DNA of 64,000 bases from Desulfatiglandales bacterium (GCA_963667015.2 CAXXJJ010000001.1:1472001-1536000); one strand, 5' to 3'; shown: positions 47,532 through 57,720, counted from the stretch's first letter. Notes: a model not told the origin generated them from the sequence alone. A program made the numbers and translations.

Positions 47532-49628
47532 ATGAGAAACAGACCTGTAAAACCACTGTTATTGGTCTTTTGGGGATTTTTGATCTTTGTCCTTTTGTCT
47601 ATTACTACCCCTCATTTCTGCATGGCAGAGTCCGAACCTTCGAAAAAGGAAGATACCCCCCAGATAGGAATCGCCCGGGATATGGGTGAAGTCGCAAAAA
47701 GGGAGGCAGTAAAGGTCAGAAAAGATCTTGAAAAACGCGCCAGGTCCCTGTTTGATCGGGAGCCCATGGGGTGGGATTTTCAAACTGTTCAATATCTTTA
47801 TACCGGAACCCTGTCCCTCCCATCCAGGATACCCGGGGTAACAAAGAGTCTCATTGCGGAAAGCCGGGTGCTTGGACTGGTGGGTTCCCTGCTGATCCTG
47901 CTTTTTGTTACTGCAGTCCTCTACAGTCTCATGGGTCAGAACCGAACCATAAAGTGGGTTGAAAAAAAGGCCGGGCCTGCTCTTCATACCATCCCTGAGG
48001 CCTACTATCCCTATCTCCTGTCCATCATCAAGGTGGTGGTTTCGGCCCTGATACCGCTGCTGCTGCTTGGTCTTTTTTCATTGATCAATCAGATGATTGT
48101 CTACCGCGCCACCTGGTTCCAGGTAACTGGGCGCCTGCTGGTGTTATGGACCGTGGGTGCGCTTTTATTGCGTCTTTTTAAAGAAACCCTCACCGGGAAT
48201 CTGTTTGCGGCTGCAGCCAACCACGGTAAGATGATTTTTGGTTACGTAAGGTTGATTTTACTTTATCTGATTGTGGGAATCGCGGTTTTGAGAGTTGCTG
48301 AAGTCTTTCAGGTCCGTGCTGATGTTCTGGGCCTTATACGGTTTGGTGTTTCCGTTTCAGTCTCCACAATACTGTTCCTTCTTTTTCTCAGGAAAGGCAT
48401 GTTCCTTTCCCTTCTGCCTGAACTTTCCTATCGTGGCTACCGGTGGGTATCGGGTTTCATCAGAAACAATTATTACCTGATACTTGGCATATCCTATCTT
48501 TCCGCGCTGTTGTGGTGTTTTGGGTATCCGAAGCTGGGGAAACTGGTGCTGTCCAAAATATGGCTGACGCTGGGGGCACTTTTGCTGGTAACACTGATTT
48601 ACTACCATCTCAAGGCGTATTTGAAGAGATGGTCCCTTAAACTCAAAGCGGAAGATGAGTCCGCACAGTTCCTGGTCCGGTCCATGCAGAGTCTGTTGTC
48701 CTATGCGATCCTGCTGTTTACGATCATCGTCCTGCTGAACCTGCTGGGTCTTTTGAATCCGCTGGCAAATATCATGTCTTTTCCCATATTTCAGCTGGGA
48801 GATACACTGGTTACACCATGGCTTATCATCAAGGCCGTTGTGATTCTTCTATCCTTTGTATTTGCTTCCCGTCTGCTGCAGGCCTACATGGATTACAAAA
48901 TCTACCCGGCCATCGGGGTCGATCCCGGGCTTGGCTATGCGCTGAACACATTTTTCAGGTATCTGTCCCTGGCTGTCGGATTTTTTATTTCCATCAGCCT
49001 GGTGGGCATTGACCTGCGATTCCTGCTGGTATTTGCAGGCGCGGCCGGAATTGGTATCGGCCTTGGGTTACAGAGCATGGCAGCCAATATTATCAGCGGT
49101 TTCAGTCTCATTTTCGGAGGGAAAATTCGAAAAGGCGACTGGATTGAGGTTGGAGATACCCTTGGAGTGGTCTCGGATATCTATCTTCGCGCAACAAAAG
49201 TCCGGACCCGGGATAATATTGAATATCTCGTTCCCAATGCAGACCTGATTTCCACAACCATCGTGAACTATTCTCTTTCTTCACCGCTTATCCGGATTGC
49301 AGTACCGGTTGGGGTATCCTACAACGCGGATCCGCGGGATGTGGAACGGATCATTCTCGATGTAGCGGAAAAAGAAGCCCTTGTGTCTAAAAAAGAAAAA
49401 CCACTTGTGCGTTTTGTGGAATACGGGGACAGTTCAATCAATTTTGAACTGCTTGTTTGGATCGATGTTCGGGAGGTGCCTCGCAGAAAGATTAAGAGTG
49501 CTCTTTACTTTGCCATTTTTGATGAATTCAGGAAGGCAGACATCGAGATTCCATTCCCCCAGAGAGACATCCATATCCGAAGCCGGAAAACGGTAAGCGA
49601 TCAGGGGACAATCCCGGGTAAGGAATGA
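47532..49628 (+). CDS. mscS: Large MscS-family mechanosensitive channel
   Basis: Many TM helices; GIGIGLGLQSMAANIISG, GDWIEVG, VPNADL, VGVSY, IEIPFPQRD. Confidence 0.92.
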   Translation: MRNRPVKPLLLVFWGFLIFVLLSITTPHFCMAESEPSKKEDTPQIGIARDMGEVAKREAVKVRKDLEKRARSLFDREPMGWDFQTVQYLYTGTLSLPSRIPGVTKSLIAESRVLGLVGSLLILLFVTAVLYSLMGQNRTIKWVEKKAGPALHTIPEAYYPYLLSIIKVVVSALIPLLLLGLFSLINQMIVYRATWFQVTGRLLVLWTVGALLLRLFKETLTGNLFAAAANHGKMIFGYVRLILLYLIVGIAVLRVAEVFQVRADVLGLIRFGVSVSVSTILFLLFLRKGMFLSLLPELSYRGYRWVSGFIRNNYYLILGISYLSALLWCFGYPKLGKLVLSKIWLTLGALLLVTLIYYHLKAYLKRWSLKLKAEDESAQFLVRSMQSLLSYAILLFTIIVLLNLLGLLNPLANIMSFPIFQLGDTLVTPWLIIKAVVILLSFVFASRLLQAYMDYKIYPAIGVDPGLGYALNTFFRYLSLAVGFFISISLVGIDLRFLLVFAGAAGIGIGLGLQSMAANIISGFSLIFGGKIRKGDWIEVGDTLGVVSDIYLRATKVRTRDNIEYLVPNADLISTTIVNYSLSSPLIRIAVPVGVSYNADPRDVERIILDVAEKEALVSKKEKPLVRFVEYGDSSINFELLVWIDVREVPRRKIKSALYFAIFDEFRKADIEIPFPQRDIHIRSRKTVSDQGTIPGKE

Positions 49629-49733
49629 GAAACTCTTTATAAATGCAATTGATAAAAGATACTGAATTATGAAAGAGCGCCCCGATTAACAACCTTTGCC
49701 AGGTATAGGGTGGAATCATTAAAAAAAGTAAAA

Positions 49734-49883
49734 ATGATAAAAGTTGATAATATTTTTACATCGAAAGAGGATGTTGGAAAAGTCCGCATGTCTCTTGAGA
49801 AAAAGACCGATAAGGCATTTTCCGGCTTTTTCAAGACAAAGCAAAAAGTTCAGGAAATGTCTCATCTGAAATACCCGGATTAA
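49734..49883 (+). CDS. Small hypothetical protein (49 aa)
   Basis: Open frame MIKVDNIF...LKYPD*; weak RBS. Confidence 0.35.
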   Translation: MIKVDNIFTSKEDVGKVRMSLEKKTDKAFSGFFKTKQKVQEMSHLKYPD

Positions 49884-50002
49884 TCTTTCGCTAACAGCCT
49901 ACAGCCTGAACCGCTTTCCTGGCCGGCAAAGCCCTGGCGACGATGGCAGCCTGATTTAACAATGACCTCATCCTTTTCTGGATTTTGGTATTTCCGGTCC
50001 GA

Positions 50003-50056
50003 TTGACTTTTGGAGTATCAGCTGCTATATTGCTGAAAATCCGGAAAATCAGCAAT
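50003..50056 (+). promoter_or_regulatory. Sigma70 promoter and palindromic operator of the AAA gene
   Basis: TTGACT-N17-TATATT; ATTGCTGA...TCAGCAAT inverted repeat over the start region. Confidence 0.6.
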
Positions 50057-50067
50057 TGAGGTGTCAT

Positions 50068-51210
50068 ATGTCCATAGGCCGAATACTTGATCTTACAGAG
50101 CTGTTAAAAAAGAAATCTTTTTTTCTGTTTGGTCCCAGATCTACCGGGAAGTCAACTCTCGTTAAACAACAGTTATTAAATTCGGCTGGCATCATTGATC
50201 TCCTTGATTCCCGTTTGTTTTTAAGGCTTTCCGGCGCTCCCCATGACCTTGAAGAGATAATAAACGCCGGGAACACAAACCTTGTTGTCATTGACGAAAT
50301 ACAACGTATCCCTGAGCTGCTGAATGAAGTCCATCGGCTGATTGAAGATAGAAAAATACGTTTCCTATTGACCGGGAGCAGCGCCAGGAAACTCAAAAGA
50401 GGCAATGCAAATCTTCTGGCGGGACGGGTATGGGAAGCAGGGCTTTATCCCTTAACATGGAAAGAGATCCCTGAATTCAATCTAGAAAGATATCTTCTGT
50501 TTGGCGGATTACCTGTAGTTTATCTCAGCGAATATCCTGAAGAGGAACTCGATGCCTATGTTAATACCTACCTGAAGGAAGAGGTAATGGCAGAAGGTTT
50601 AATAAGAAACCTCCCTCCCTTTGCCCGTTTTTTAAAGTCCATGGCCCTGGCAAGCGGAGAAGTTATAAATTTTACAAAACTTGGTAATGACTGTCAGGTT
50701 GCTTCTTCCACTGTAAGAGAATATATATCTCTTCTGGAAGACACCCTCGTTGGATTTTTACTTCCGGCATGGATAGAGTCAAAAAAAAGAAAAGCCGTTA
50801 AATCAGGCAAGTTTTATTTTTTTGATCCGGGAGTTACACATACCCTTTCAGGCACACAGGTACTAGATCGAAACTCAGATTTGTATGGTAAAAGTTTTGA
50901 ACAGTTTATTGGTATGGAGATAAGGGCATATCTTGGTTACAGAAGGAAAAAATTATCTCTATCATTCTGGAGATCAACCCATGGCCACGAAGTCGATTTT
51001 TTAATAGGGGATAAAGTGGCCGTCGAAGTAAAGTCAAGCCAGCGGGTAAACTCAACGGATGTTAAAGGCCTCAAAGTTCTTGCTGAAGAGAATGTATTTT
51101 CTGACTTCTATCTGGTAAGTCATGATCCGGTTGAAACCAAAAAAGGCAATATTCATGCGATTCACTGGAAAAATTTTCTTGAAAAATTGTGGGGTGATAA
51201 AATAATTTAA
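50068..51210 (+). CDS. AAA_14 ATPase with DUF4143 / PD-(D/E)xK tail
   Basis: GPRSTGKS, IDEIQ, LTGSSARKL, FGGLP, KFYFFDPG, EVDF...AVEVK. Confidence 0.92.
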   Translation: MSIGRILDLTELLKKKSFFLFGPRSTGKSTLVKQQLLNSAGIIDLLDSRLFLRLSGAPHDLEEIINAGNTNLVVIDEIQRIPELLNEVHRLIEDRKIRFLLTGSSARKLKRGNANLLAGRVWEAGLYPLTWKEIPEFNLERYLLFGGLPVVYLSEYPEEELDAYVNTYLKEEVMAEGLIRNLPPFARFLKSMALASGEVINFTKLGNDCQVASSTVREYISLLEDTLVGFLLPAWIESKKRKAVKSGKFYFFDPGVTHTLSGTQVLDRNSDLYGKSFEQFIGMEIRAYLGYRRKKLSLSFWRSTHGHEVDFLIGDKVAVEVKSSQRVNSTDVKGLKVLAEENVFSDFYLVSHDPVETKKGNIHAIHWKNFLEKLWGDKII

Positions 51211-51483
51211 AAAAGTACTGACTCACCTGTCCTCCAAAGCTTCAGCGACGGAGGATGATTTCTGACCTCTGCATTTTTACTTTCCCTAACAGCCTTCGGA
51301 CTAAACAGCTTCAGCCTAATTTAAAAGGATGATATTCCGGATTTAAGCAACAACATACGTTTTTCATATTCCTGAATATTAAATTTTTGGTACTACCTAT
51401 TAATATTATTTTATGTCGGTTGAGGGCTGCAGAGGTTCAGGACAAGCGATTTTACTCTAACTAAAGGGGTCATAAAGGGGTCA

Positions 51484-51633
51484 TAAAGGGGGCAAGTCTC
51501 CTAATAGCTCATGGGCGTATAAGTAAAGAATAGGGGTAAAGAATAGTTGTAAATTGATAAAATATCGAAGATAAAAATAAGTAGAAATGAGCAAAATACA
51601 TTAATGAGCTAAACGGAGATTTGCCTTCCTTTT
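51484..51633. mobile_element. About 150-bp MITE-like element, copy 1
   Basis: Near-identical to 61237-61385; imperfect terminal inverted repeats; left end stuttered (TAAAGGGGTCA x2 at 51462). Confidence 0.8.
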
Positions 51634-52201
51634 TTAATGGTGCAGGGGACCTCCCCTGATTACATAAGCGAAAAATAAATCATCCTGAAATATCATATTT
51701 GAAATATTGCACATGGTTATGTGCTTGCTGCACCCGTCAATGTGCATTTTTCGATTTATTTATTCCCGAAAATAAATCCCTTCAATACAGCTTCATAAAT
51801 CCGGATACAGTTAAAACCGGCGTTATTCCAGATTATGCGATGTTTTTATCAGTGATGCACAGACAGTCACATGGTTATGGCATAATGTTTGTAATGTGAA
51901 AGACAGCCTGAAGCGGTTTAGTCTGAAGGCTGAAGGAAAAACAAAAACAGCCTGGACCGCTTCAACCTGATTTTAAAATACACCACCAATATTAGTTTTC
52001 CGGAAAACCTGACTGCCTGATAGGTGCAAGGGTTTCATCTGTAGATTTTAAGTAAATAAAACTGCGAAGGCTTGATCAGTTATTGTCAGGAGCAAGGTGA
52101 AAACCCTGACATCCATTCATGGACCTGCAAAGCCCTGGCGACGACTGCAGCCTGGCAGTCTTCAGTCTAACAGCCTTCAGTCTGATACTAAGGAAAAGAA
52201 C

Positions 52202-53611
52202 ATGAGCAAAGTACAGTCAATAAAAGTTGAAGATATTGTAATTGATAACAGTATCTATCCCAGAAGCAGCATAGATCACAAAAGGGTCTCCATGTTTGAG
52301 GAAAACATGAGGGATGGGTTTGAGTTTGATCCCATCCATCTTCAGGCCCACCCGGATGAACCGGGGAAGTATCGCATTCTGGATGGTGCTCACCGATTTA
52401 AAGCATTAAAAGGTATTGGGGATAAAGAGGTTAAGGCAGAAATCATTAATCTCAATGGAGAAGATCCACTGCTCTATGCTGCCTCAAAGGCAATAGGCCC
52501 GAGGCAGCTTAATGATGAAGAGGCAAGGGACACTGCAAGGAGAGCATTCCAGAACAATCCGAAATTAAGTTCAGAAAAGATAGGTAAAGATGTTGGGCGG
52601 TCAAGCAGGATGGTCAATATCTATATTGCTGATCTCAGAGCAGTTATCCAGTCAGATTTGGAACTCAATATTTTTCGACTGGACAGGCTTGGGATTCCAC
52701 AGGAAAGGATTTCAGAAAGGCTGGGCCAAACCAGAGACATCATAAGAACCTATTTGGGGAAACGGGAAATATTTCCTGAATCCCCAAATACCGATCTTAA
52801 AAAAGGTTTCACAGTAACCCAGGTAGCTGAAAAGCACGGCTGGCCTGAGTCTCTGGTATGGTCAATCAATCTGGAAGGAAAAGATGACCTCCCCAAATGC
52901 CAGAAGTTACAATGGGGAGTCCGAACCTGGGATGAATGGAAATGGAACGATTGCGATAAAAGATTCGGCGATGAATGGCCCGGAAGAATTCCTGCGCAGC
53001 TCATAGCACACATCCTCTATTACTTCTCAAAACCTAGCGACCTTGTGATTGATCCCATGGCCGGAGGTGGTGTAGTAGCCGACACATGCCTGGCATTCAA
53101 CCGGCGCTGCTGGAGCTTTGATATGGTAGATAGACCGGATGAAAGGCCGGAGATAGAGCCTTATTTCTGGGATATTAAAAATCTAAAATGGCCTATAACC
53201 GGTAAGACAAAACCGGACTTGATTATCTTCGATCCTCCATATTTCAGTAAAAAGGCAAAGGAATATGAAGAAGAGAGCATATCGAACCTCTCACGGGAAG
53301 AATACCTGGATTTTCTTGAAAGGTTTTTCAGGCTGGCACTTGAGAACAGTAAAAAAGGGACAAGGATTGTTATGATAAATGCCGACTGGAGAGATTTTCA
53401 GGGAACTCCGGCCCTTGAGGAGAATGAAGAAACAGCCATTCTGATAATTGATTACGGTATTTTAATGCGAAAAGCAGGATGGGCAGTTTCACATGTTATG
53501 CAGGCGCCAATGTCGTCCGAGAGGTTTCAGGCCGGTACTGTTTCAGCAATGCAAAATAAACGAATACTGGGCGTAACCGGCAGGAATGTCATCGTAGGAC
53601 GGAAGAAGTAA
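52202..53611 (+). CDS. ParB/Srx N-terminal domain - HTH - DNA amino-methyltransferase fusion
   Basis: IYPR...FDPI...ILDGAHRFKA (ParB); WPGRIPAQL, DPMAGGG (motif I), IIFDPPY (motif IV); ATG 52202 after AAGGA. Confidence 0.88.
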   Translation: MSKVQSIKVEDIVIDNSIYPRSSIDHKRVSMFEENMRDGFEFDPIHLQAHPDEPGKYRILDGAHRFKALKGIGDKEVKAEIINLNGEDPLLYAASKAIGPRQLNDEEARDTARRAFQNNPKLSSEKIGKDVGRSSRMVNIYIADLRAVIQSDLELNIFRLDRLGIPQERISERLGQTRDIIRTYLGKREIFPESPNTDLKKGFTVTQVAEKHGWPESLVWSINLEGKDDLPKCQKLQWGVRTWDEWKWNDCDKRFGDEWPGRIPAQLIAHILYYFSKPSDLVIDPMAGGGVVADTCLAFNRRCWSFDMVDRPDERPEIEPYFWDIKNLKWPITGKTKPDLIIFDPPYFSKKAKEYEEESISNLSREEYLDFLERFFRLALENSKKGTRIVMINADWRDFQGTPALEENEETAILIIDYGILMRKAGWAVSHVMQAPMSSERFQAGTVSAMQNKRILGVTGRNVIVGRKK

Positions 53612-53760
53612 AAAACGGGCTGAAGACTGTTAGTCTGAAGGCTGTTAGGTTTTCCTGTTTTTACTTCAGCCTGCAGCCTAAACACCTACAGCCTATTTTA
53701 TTAACAGTCTTCAGCCTGAAGTGAAATATCACCTTGTTTCAACATAACAAATATGTTACC

Positions 53761-54096
53761 ATGTCCTGGAAAATAAAATATTATAACGAAAAACTGGAAA
53801 CGGATATTTTGAATTTACCTGATGGCCTTTTAGCCCGTTATTTGCGTTTAACAGACTTGATGATCGAATTTGGAGCAAACCTTGGTTTACCTCACACAAA
53901 ACCAATTGAAAAAGGTTTGTTTGAGCTGAGAGTTAAAAGTAAAGAAGGGATAGCAAGGGTCTTCTTTTGCACAAAAATTGGCAAGAAAATCATAATGCTC
54001 CATTCATTCATTAAAAAATCTCAAAAGACGCCAAAAAAAGAGATAAGAATTGCGAAAATAAGGATGAAGGAGGTTTTAGAACATGACACATTCTGA
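53761..54096 (+). CDS. Type II TA toxin, RelE/ParE (Gp49-like)
   Basis: GANLGLPHTKPIEKGLFELRV...ARVFF...LHSFIKKSQKTP; TAACA-N4-TGTTA palindrome upstream. Confidence 0.9.
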   Translation: MSWKIKYYNEKLETDILNLPDGLLARYLRLTDLMIEFGANLGLPHTKPIEKGLFELRVKSKEGIARVFFCTKIGKKIIMLHSFIKKSQKTPKKEIRIAKIRMKEVLEHDTF

Positions 54097-54373
54097 ATTG
54101 AAAGAAAAAGCATTAAAGAGAAAAAAAGTAAAAACTGAGTATGAGGCACTGGAACCGGAATTCAAGCTGTTACGGGAAATGCTCAAGGCAAGGCAAAAAG
54201 CCGGGCTCAGTCAGGCTGAAATTGCCGAACGAATGGGGACAAAGGCACCGGCCGTCACGAGGCTTGAATCTTCACTCAGTAGCGGAAAGCATTCTCCGTC
54301 GATTGCGACAATTAAAAAATATGCCGATGCACTGGATTGTCATCTGGAAATTAAGATTGTTTCAAATAGATAA
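54083..54373 (+). CDS. XRE-HTH antitoxin
   Basis: Overlaps the toxin; EYEALEPEF...ARQKAGLSQAEIAERMGT...RLES. Confidence 0.92.
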   Translation: MTHSELKEKALKRKKVKTEYEALEPEFKLLREMLKARQKAGLSQAEIAERMGTKAPAVTRLESSLSSGKHSPSIATIKKYADALDCHLEIKIVSNR

Positions 54374-54473
54374 TCTAAAACTGGAAACCAGGAACTGTTT
54401 TTCCTAACAGCCTTCAGGCTTCAGTCTAATATGCAGTTCTTCTACTCAGAGAATTAGTAAAGGAATTTTTATA

Positions 54474-54767
54474 ATGAAAAATGAAGATTTTGAAAAGCTG
54501 GCTGCCAGCATCAGGGAAGCAGGTGAAATAAAGGAAGGCAAAAAGAAACCTGGCCGCGTATACGAAGTTAACCCTCCTGAAATTAAAAGCATAAGAAGAA
54601 AGCTTAATGTCTCGCAAAATGAATTCGCCATGATGATTGGAGTCAGTGTAAGGACATTGCAGAATTGGGAACAGGGGAGAAGAGAACCTGATGGACCGGC
54701 AAAAGCATTGCTGCAGGTAGCATCAAAAAATCCAAAAGCTGTGCTTGATGCCTTGCATACATCGTAA
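54474..54767 (+). CDS. Orphan HigA/NadS-like HTH antitoxin
   Basis: FEKLAASIREAG...SQNEFA...RTLQNWEQGRREPDGPAKALL; only a short toxin-like tail (LLRELVKEFL*) upstream. Confidence 0.88.
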   Translation: MKNEDFEKLAASIREAGEIKEGKKKPGRVYEVNPPEIKSIRRKLNVSQNEFAMMIGVSVRTLQNWEQGRREPDGPAKALLQVASKNPKAVLDALHTS

Positions 54768-54849
54768 AATGTGTTGCCTTCTAAGCACTTTATAAATTTG
54801 GCAACTTAAAAACCGAACAGCGTGTTTTCACAGAGCCCTCTTTAAGAAA

Positions 54850-54905
54850 ACTTATAAACTTATGGGCATCCCCCTTTACTTATAAACTTATGGGCATCCC
54901 CCTTT
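54850..54905 (+). repeat. 28-bp perfect tandem duplication (REP-like end)
   Basis: ACTTATAAACTTATGGGCATCCCCCTTT x2. Confidence 0.9.
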
Positions 54906-54906
54906 A

Positions 54907-55167
54907 ATGGCGGAAGCCTCTGAGGTTTTAGTTGATGTCTTCCTTTTTGAGGGTAATTATTATTCTTTGAGTAATGAAAAACTAGAGCAATACTCCATCT
55001 GCGATGGCAACTGGAATGAACATTACATTTGGGCACAGTCTGAAATAAATATAAATATCGAGGCCACTATCGAAGTGAATTTTGAAGAAAAAGATAGCAT
55101 CGGAGGACTTGATTTGCTTTCCTCTCGCGTTGATTCTATTGACGATATTTCGCAGCAAGAGATTTGA
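54907..55167 (+). pseudogene. Probable C-terminal fragment of a larger gene (resembles tails of PIN-like DUF4935 proteins)
   Basis: VDVFLFEGNYY...DGNWNEHY; begins immediately after the repeat with no RBS. Confidence 0.4.
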
Positions 55168-55305
55168 GTGCGAATCGGGGCGCGAAAAACGTTCATAAAA
55201 AACTAAATGGATCTGGAAAACAGCATTTTCCGAAAAGAAAGTTCTCTTGATAATTCCAGAAATTTAATGATACTAAGTTAGAAAATCTCGTTGGAGGAAA
55301 TATTT

Positions 55306-57264
55306 ATGGAGCAAAAATCTGATGTTGAGTATCGAGCAGAGAAACTCTACAAGAGCTCCAGAGAAAAATTTGGATATTTAATAAGAGAAGTTGTCTCAAA
55401 TGCCATACATGCGACAGTTATTAGGGCCAATCAGGAAAATAATCCACATTACACACCTACGATCGATGTAGTAATTGACTTTAGAGAAAACAATTGTGAA
55501 ATTGTAGTTACAGACAATGGAGAAGGTTTTACGAACCTTAATAGAAAATATTTCACACACTTGGATACAAAAAATCCTCAGAAAGAGGAATTAAACTTCC
55601 ACCCGATGGGACAGGGCCGTTTAGCTATTGTCTTTTTCTCGGATAAAGCCTCATATGAATCCGTTTACAAAAATAAAGATGGTGAGTATAGGAAAAAACT
55701 TTTTAACTACCCTGAGACATCATTACCTTTATTCGATATTGAACAATCTGAAGGAACTAGGACAGATAAAGTCGATTCTGAAACTATACTGACATTAAAG
55801 CTTAATAAACAACAGACCTATAAAAGAGCCAACACTTTTTTTTCAAAATATCAGGATATCGAGAGAGTTAAAAATTGGTTTATCGAAAATTTTTTTCCAT
55901 TCTTTATGGAAAACGAAAAACTTCAACTTTCAATCAACTTTAACGGCCACAAGGCTAGTATAAATCAGAACTATATAGAAAAGAATGTCTCGAGCGTTCC
56001 TTTTAAAGTCAGTTTCGAACGTGAAACGAATGCTTCATATGAGTTTAAACTTTGGCTGGTGAAAAAAGAAGATAAACCAAAGTCAATAAATCAAATAACC
56101 TGTTTTGCGAGGCACCTTCAAGCAGAAATTGAGGAAGCAAAAATAGAATATGAGATTGATCTGCCAATTGCATATGACTGGTTTCTCACCGCAGAATACT
56201 TTGATGATAATGTTGATCAGAAGGGTGATAAAATCGTTATTCCAAGGGACCACGTTGATAAAATTAAGCTCAGTTTAGCTGCTGCACTTAATGAACATTT
56301 TGCTTCGGAGATTAAAAAAAACAGAGCCGAAACTCGGAAAAGTATTGAGATTGTAAAAGAGAAATATCTATCCCTCTCAGCTTTTTTAGATGAAGAAAAT
56401 GCAGCCTCAGCAAACAAAATCCTTAATGAGACTGATTTAGTTAGCACTGCAATCGATAATAAAGGCAAAGCTGAGAGAAGTTATTGGGTAACTCAAGAAT
56501 CAGACACTGAAGAGATTGGAAAATTGCTGAACTCAAGTCTTTATATCTATGTTGACCATAGAAAAAGGATTTTGAAGAAGTTTGAGGAACTAATCCAGAA
56601 ATTCGATGATGCAGGAATAGTGAAGAAAGAACTTGAAGATGATATCCATGATATGTTTATGAAGCGTGGTGAATCTTTTAGTACTTCAAAAAACAAAAAT
56701 CACCTTCATAATCTTTGGATTATCGATGATAAATATACAATCTTCTCTGAGACATTTAGATCTCACAGTACAAGGAAAGGTCAAGAAGCTTCTGATATAT
56801 ATTTATGGTCAGATGATCCAAACCGCCCAAGAGAGATATTGATTTTAGAGCTGAAATCGACGTCTAGTGCTCACAATGCAGGTGATAAGTATGAAAGTAT
56901 GGTGGCCCAGGTCAAACGATATGCAACGCAGTTTTATAAACAGCCAGAAAAAGTTCTTAACTGGCATGTTGATACTGATAAAATTCTTTATTTTGGTGTT
57001 ATCTTAGCGCGAAAGAGCGACATAAATAGGGAGCTAAATTCTAACAATGTCGGAGGGACACCACATAAGATTCCATTCCTAGACGCTTCATATTTTTTTA
57101 ATGACAATTTTTCCACAGTATCAAATAGTGGTGAGGCACCTAAATACAAGGAAATAAGAATAGAAATGTATGCGTATGAAGACTTGCACCAACTAGCTAC
57201 AAGTCGAAACGATGTTTTCTTTAAACTATTAAAAGGTGAATTTAGTTTGGTCGATGAAAAATAA
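55306..57264 (+). CDS. GHKL (MORC/Hsp90-like) ATPase fused to a C-terminal PD-(D/E)xK nuclease
   Basis: IREVVSNAIHA, VTDNGEGF, GQGRL; EDDIH, HNLWIIDD, ASDIYL...ILILELK, QVKRY; RBS GGAGG. Confidence 0.82.
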   Translation: MEQKSDVEYRAEKLYKSSREKFGYLIREVVSNAIHATVIRANQENNPHYTPTIDVVIDFRENNCEIVVTDNGEGFTNLNRKYFTHLDTKNPQKEELNFHPMGQGRLAIVFFSDKASYESVYKNKDGEYRKKLFNYPETSLPLFDIEQSEGTRTDKVDSETILTLKLNKQQTYKRANTFFSKYQDIERVKNWFIENFFPFFMENEKLQLSINFNGHKASINQNYIEKNVSSVPFKVSFERETNASYEFKLWLVKKEDKPKSINQITCFARHLQAEIEEAKIEYEIDLPIAYDWFLTAEYFDDNVDQKGDKIVIPRDHVDKIKLSLAAALNEHFASEIKKNRAETRKSIEIVKEKYLSLSAFLDEENAASANKILNETDLVSTAIDNKGKAERSYWVTQESDTEEIGKLLNSSLYIYVDHRKRILKKFEELIQKFDDAGIVKKELEDDIHDMFMKRGESFSTSKNKNHLHNLWIIDDKYTIFSETFRSHSTRKGQEASDIYLWSDDPNRPREILILELKSTSSAHNAGDKYESMVAQVKRYATQFYKQPEKVLNWHVDTDKILYFGVILARKSDINRELNSNNVGGTPHKIPFLDASYFFNDNFSTVSNSGEAPKYKEIRIEMYAYEDLHQLATSRNDVFFKLLKGEFSLVDEK

Positions 57265-57480
57265 ATTTTATTAATAGCCTGTCATAAGGATGCTACAAAA
57301 CTGGGGCATGTTCACAAAAATGTAAGTAATCCTTAAAACATCATTGGCCTTTTATTGATATTCGTAATCTCATTATTTTCCATTTCAAAAATAAGTGCAA
57401 GGGTGCGTAAGCCTGAACCCATTTAAAAATATTGTAAGAGCTTGGATGTAACGAGTCGTATTGAACTCAGTGTGAGTATC

Positions 57481-57510
57481 TTGTTTGGATTGGAAGTGAA
57501 CATTTATACT
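57481..57510 (+). promoter_or_regulatory. Putative sigma70 promoter for the leader / tRNA-like RNA / RNase H unit
   Basis: TTGTTT-N18-TATACT. Confidence 0.4.
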
Positions 57511-57537
57511 TTTGTTAAATCAATGGTGGAGGTGTTT

Positions 57538-57633
57538 ATGGATAATTCAATCGTTTTTATTTCATGCGTTTGGTGCGGAGTGGCGTTTCTGCGAGGCCTT
57601 GGTGGAACACTACCAATCCAAATGAGAGATTAG
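57538..57633 (+). CDS. Possible 31-aa leader peptide overlapping the tRNA-like RNA
   Basis: Strong RBS GGAGGTG; MDNSIVFISCVWCGVAFLRGLGGTLPIQMRD*. Confidence 0.35.
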   Translation: MDNSIVFISCVWCGVAFLRGLGGTLPIQMRD

Positions 57634-57701
57634 CGTTGACGATTCATTATTACTTGGTCCAGGAGAAACGTAGAGTGGTTCGATTCCACTCCCTCGCATC
57701 A
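57591..57701 (+). ncRNA. tRNA-like structured RNA (acceptor stem + T-arm, non-canonical core)
   Basis: GAGTGG-TTCGATT-CCACTC T-arm (57673-57691); GCGAGG (57591) pairs with CCTCGC (57692-57697); 3' ATCA tail; internal hairpin TTGGTGG-AACA-CTACCAA. Confidence 0.65.
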
Positions 57702-57720
57702 TCTACTTACATAACTCAAT

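Larger units (their letters stand above)
47391..54428. repeat. Dispersed clusters of CAGCCTW-type heptamer repeats in intergenic spacers
   Basis: Clusters near 47391, 49891, 51287, 51902, 52148, 53617-53718 and 54403, in both orientations. Confidence 0.8.

Noticed and set aside
51699..51899. 66-aa Cys-rich ORF and GCACATGGTTATGTGC palindrome
   Set aside because: No RBS or family motif; cannot be supported as a gene or site
57591..57701. Canonical tRNA gene or tmRNA
   Set aside because: No proper D-arm/anticodon cloverleaf, 111 nt long, ends in TCA, far too short for tmRNA; kept only as a tRNA-like element
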